Program-made: the position numbers and the translations under genes
Source: an uncultured Fibrobacteraceae bacterium
GTDB taxonomy: Bacteria > Krumholzibacteriota > Krumholzibacteriia > LZORAL124-64-63
Assembly (NCBI GenBank): GCA_964461255.1
Contig: CAYWTR010000015.1
Span: forward strand, 6,983-70,982
Reading direction: 5' to 3'
Length of the DNA: 64,000 nucleotides
Shown here: one piece after another, positions 62,083-64,000 of the stretch
Layout: the number at the start of each line of letters is the position of its first letter
How positions within the stretch are numbered: position 1 is the first letter of the stretch
The notes under the pieces: generated by a model
Told to the model about the DNA's origin: nothing
The model's database searches: none
What the model saw: the letters and a program-made list of their open reading frames with translations, nothing else

Positions 62083-62192
62083 GGCCGACCTCCCTTTGCT
62101 CCCACCCGCGAGGGGTGACGTGCGCCGCGCCCGGGACGGCGGTTCGCCAATGGCGCGCGACTTGCGCCGTCCGCTCCGCGCTCCTAGCCGGT

Positions 62193-62221
62193 ATCATAGG
62201 AATCTTGAATACGTTTTCCAA
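62193..62221 (-). promoter_or_regulatory. sigma-70-type promoter TTGGAA-N17-TATGAT for the OmpA/TSP3 gene
   Basis: Read on the minus strand inside the only AT-rich stretch of the intergenic region. It leaves a 5-prime UTR of about 100 nt. Confidence 0.4.
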
Positions 62222-62281
62222 TTAATTTTTGAGCGCGAAGGATGAGGGCGCTGGACCTCGGCGCGAAGGCCATGAACGGCA

Positions 62282-62315
62282 AGAGGCCCCCGCGATCCGC
62301 GCCGCGGGGGCCTCT
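62282..62315 (-). terminator. Intrinsic-terminator-like hairpin (13-bp perfect stem AGAGGCCCCCGCG/CGCGGGGGCCTCT, 8-nt loop) after the 62357 gene end
   Basis: Inverted repeat read directly. On the minus strand it is followed by a moderately U-rich CUUGCCGUU. Confidence 0.45.
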
Positions 62316-62356
62316 TGTACGATGGATCCGGTTGTCGGGCCTTGACCCGGCCGCCG

Positions 62357-64000
62357 CTATTTCACGAGCATCATCTTGCGGGTCAGCGATCGTCCTTCGG
62401 TTTCGAGGCGGTACAGGTACATGCCCGACGGCATGCGCTCGCCGGTGTCGCTGGCGCCGTCCCAGACCACGCTGTGCCGGCCGGGCGCGTACGACTGGTC
62501 GGTCAGCGTGCGGACCTTGCGGCCGGCCAGGTCGTACACCGCGATCGCCACCGGGCCCTCGCGCTCGACCGTGAACAGGATCGTGGTCGACGGGTTGAAC
62601 GGGTTGGGCCGGTTCTGGCCCAGGTCCAGCGGCATGGGCGGCTGGTTCTCGGCCACCGGCGTCGTGTAGTACATCATCTGCGCCGCGTCCGTGTTGGCCT
62701 GCAGATCGGCCAGGTTCTCGCCCATCACCAGCGCGAACACGAACTTGACCTCCTGCCCCGGCGCGATGTCGAACCCGCCGGCCGAGGTCAGCGCCGACCA
62801 GTCGTCCGCCGAGGGCGTCGTGGCCAGCGACATCAGGTTGCGAAGGTGCCGCGCCTTGATGCCGTCGTCGATGGACGCCTCCGGGTAGACATAGGTCGGG
62901 TTGCTGATCAGCGTCAGGTTCTTGTGCGTGTGCGGGTAGAGCAGGGCGATGCCGGCGTAGGGTCCGCTGGTCGTCTCGTACATGTAGGTCAGGTGCCGCG
63001 CCGGATCGGTGGCGCCCCAGTTGGCACCGGCGTTGCCGATGTCCCAGTCGACGAAGACGCCGCCGTGGTAGTCGGTCACGGTGGTGACGCCGTCGTTGCG
63101 CACCGTGTAGCTGAGGATGATGAAGTCGTCGTAGCCCGGATCGGCCCAGGCGTAGCTGTGCTGGGTCACGACGATGTTCCTGGGCGAGGCGTGGCCGCTG
63201 TCGTTGAAGATGGCCAGGAACTCCTGGTCGGCCGCGCCCGGCGTCAGCACCTGCACCCGTCCGTTGGGCGAGGTGACGGTCTGCCATTCGTAGGTCTCTA
63301 CGGTCGTGCCGGCGCCCAGACCGCTGTAGTCGCGGTTGCAGATGTAGGCCTGGCCGTTGCCTCCCCAGAAGGAGCCGACGAACAGCACGCTGCCCTCGTC
63401 CCGCCAGCCGAAGCCCGTGCCGGCCGCCTGCGTGTCGTCCATGTAGCCGATGCTGCCCTGGTCGGTGACCGTCCCCTGCACCTCGCCCACCGCGTGCTGG
63501 CGATGGTCGGGCAGGCCGACGGCCAGCTTGCGGTCGAAGGTGACCTGGTAGCCGGTGTCTGCCGTCACCGTCAGCAACATGGTGAAAACGTAGCCCTGCG
63601 GCGCGCCGGGCGCGATCTGCAGCGTGAAGACGTTGCCGGCGTTGCTGCCCGTGCCCCCGCCCAAGGGGATATCCGGGAAGGTGCCGGCGGCGTCGATCAC
63701 GGACACGTGCGGGTTGGCGGCGACCGCCAGACCTCCCACCACGTTGACCGCGTCGAGCACCAGGCTGTTGTTGGTCAGCTCGAAGATGATGTCGACGGTC
63801 TCGCCGGGATCGAGCACCCCGTCGCTGTTGGTGTCGTTGGCGATCAGACCGGTGGGCACGAGGTGCGGCCGCTGCGCCGCCGGCGTGGCGTTGATCGCCG
63901 CCAGCGCGTCCAGCTGCCCCGAACCGAAGGTGTTGTCCTTGCCGGGCGTGCCGAGCGGCACGGCGGTCTGCTCCAGGATCGAGTCGATCCCGGCCGGCGA
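62357..64000 (-). CDS. C-terminal part of a large secreted protein (possibly subtilase-like; catalytic region outside the window) with T9SS-type C-terminal sorting domain
   Basis: The ORF is open to the window edge. FGSGQLDALAAI resembles the end of an S8 domain. C-terminus NRPNPFNPSTTILFTV...GMYLYRL...RKMMLVK. Confidence 0.45.
   Translation of the reverse strand, partial: SPAGIDSILEQTAVPLGTPGKDNTFGSGQLDALAAINATPAAQRPHLVPTGLIANDTNSDGVLDPGETVDIIFELTNNSLVLDAVNVVGGLAVAANPHVSVIDAAGTFPDIPLGGGTGSNAGNVFTLQIAPGAPQGYVFTMLLTVTADTGYQVTFDRKLAVGLPDHRQHAVGEVQGTVTDQGSIGYMDDTQAAGTGFGWRDEGSVLFVGSFWGGNGQAYICNRDYSGLGAGTTVETYEWQTVTSPNGRVQVLTPGAADQEFLAIFNDSGHASPRNIVVTQHSYAWADPGYDDFIILSYTVRNDGVTTVTDYHGGVFVDWDIGNAGANWGATDPARHLTYMYETTSGPYAGIALLYPHTHKNLTLISNPTYVYPEASIDDGIKARHLRNLMSLATTPSADDWSALTSAGGFDIAPGQEVKFVFALVMGENLADLQANTDAAQMMYYTTPVAENQPPMPLDLGQNRPNPFNPSTTILFTVEREGPVAIAVYDLAGRKVRTLTDQSYAPGRHSVVWDGASDTGERMPSGMYLYRLETEGRSLTRKMMLVK

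Overview
This is a 64 kb, very GC-rich (~70%) bacterial chromosomal window with dense coding on both strands and no rRNA, tRNA, CRISPR array or mobile element. Many adjacent genes share 4-nt ATGA stop/start overlaps, which suggests translational coupling. Five secreted proteins end in a C-terminal sorting domain of the T9SS/TIGR04183 type (NPFNPST ... GxYxYRL ... RKMxLVK). This tag is typical of the Fibrobacteres-Chlorobi-Bacteroidetes superphylum and its candidate relatives such as Gemmatimonadota, Eisenbacteria and Latescibacteria, rather than of a specific genus.

The window holds four functional neighbourhoods:
- **Metallocluster-type module 1 (1-5.1 kb):** an HdrD-like Fe-S/CCG protein, a DUF134-DUF1847 fusion behind a textbook sigma-54 promoter, a frame-shifted Usp gene, and a PAS sigma-54 activator.
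- **Metallocluster-type module 2 (13.2-19.5 kb):** a second, larger uncharacterised cluster on the minus strand. It runs aldo/keto reductase, PAS sigma-54 activator, DUF134 with Gly/Arg repeats and a zinc ribbon, a DUF5320-like Gly/Trp/Pro-rich coiled-coil protein, DUF134, two MinD-type ATPases with inserted ferredoxin domains, and a final DUF134. This is my best candidate for an undescribed system, probably Fe-S or metallocofactor handling under sigma-54 control.
- **Beta-glucan (laminarin-type) utilisation locus (23.5-41.7 kb):** ROK regulator, GH16, GH1, GH17, a GH2-like clan GH-A enzyme, a giant GH94-like putative phosphorylase, a CBM+GH16-like T9SS enzyme, a GPH/MFS sugar symporter, and a shared palindromic operator (TTCGG-N3-CCGAA).
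- **Envelope and secretion genes (45-64 kb):** an RND pump, tandemly duplicated PPC-like secreted proteins, a periplasmic TPR-CHAT protein, and an OmpA/TSP3 protein with identical 90-bp repeats.

Three secreted proteins, one in the glucan locus and two in the envelope block, carry a short C-terminal motif, SWGxVKSx[FY]R, instead of the T9SS domain. Other genes in the window are an HD-GYP phosphodiesterase, a DUF3857/transglutaminase-DUF3858 pair, a Pat-like acyl-CoA synthetase-GNAT fusion, a DASS transporter and aquaporin Z.

All coordinates derive from the supplied ORF track with start sites re-chosen by motif and RBS inspection. Intergenic motif coordinates were hand-counted and may be off by 1-2 nt.
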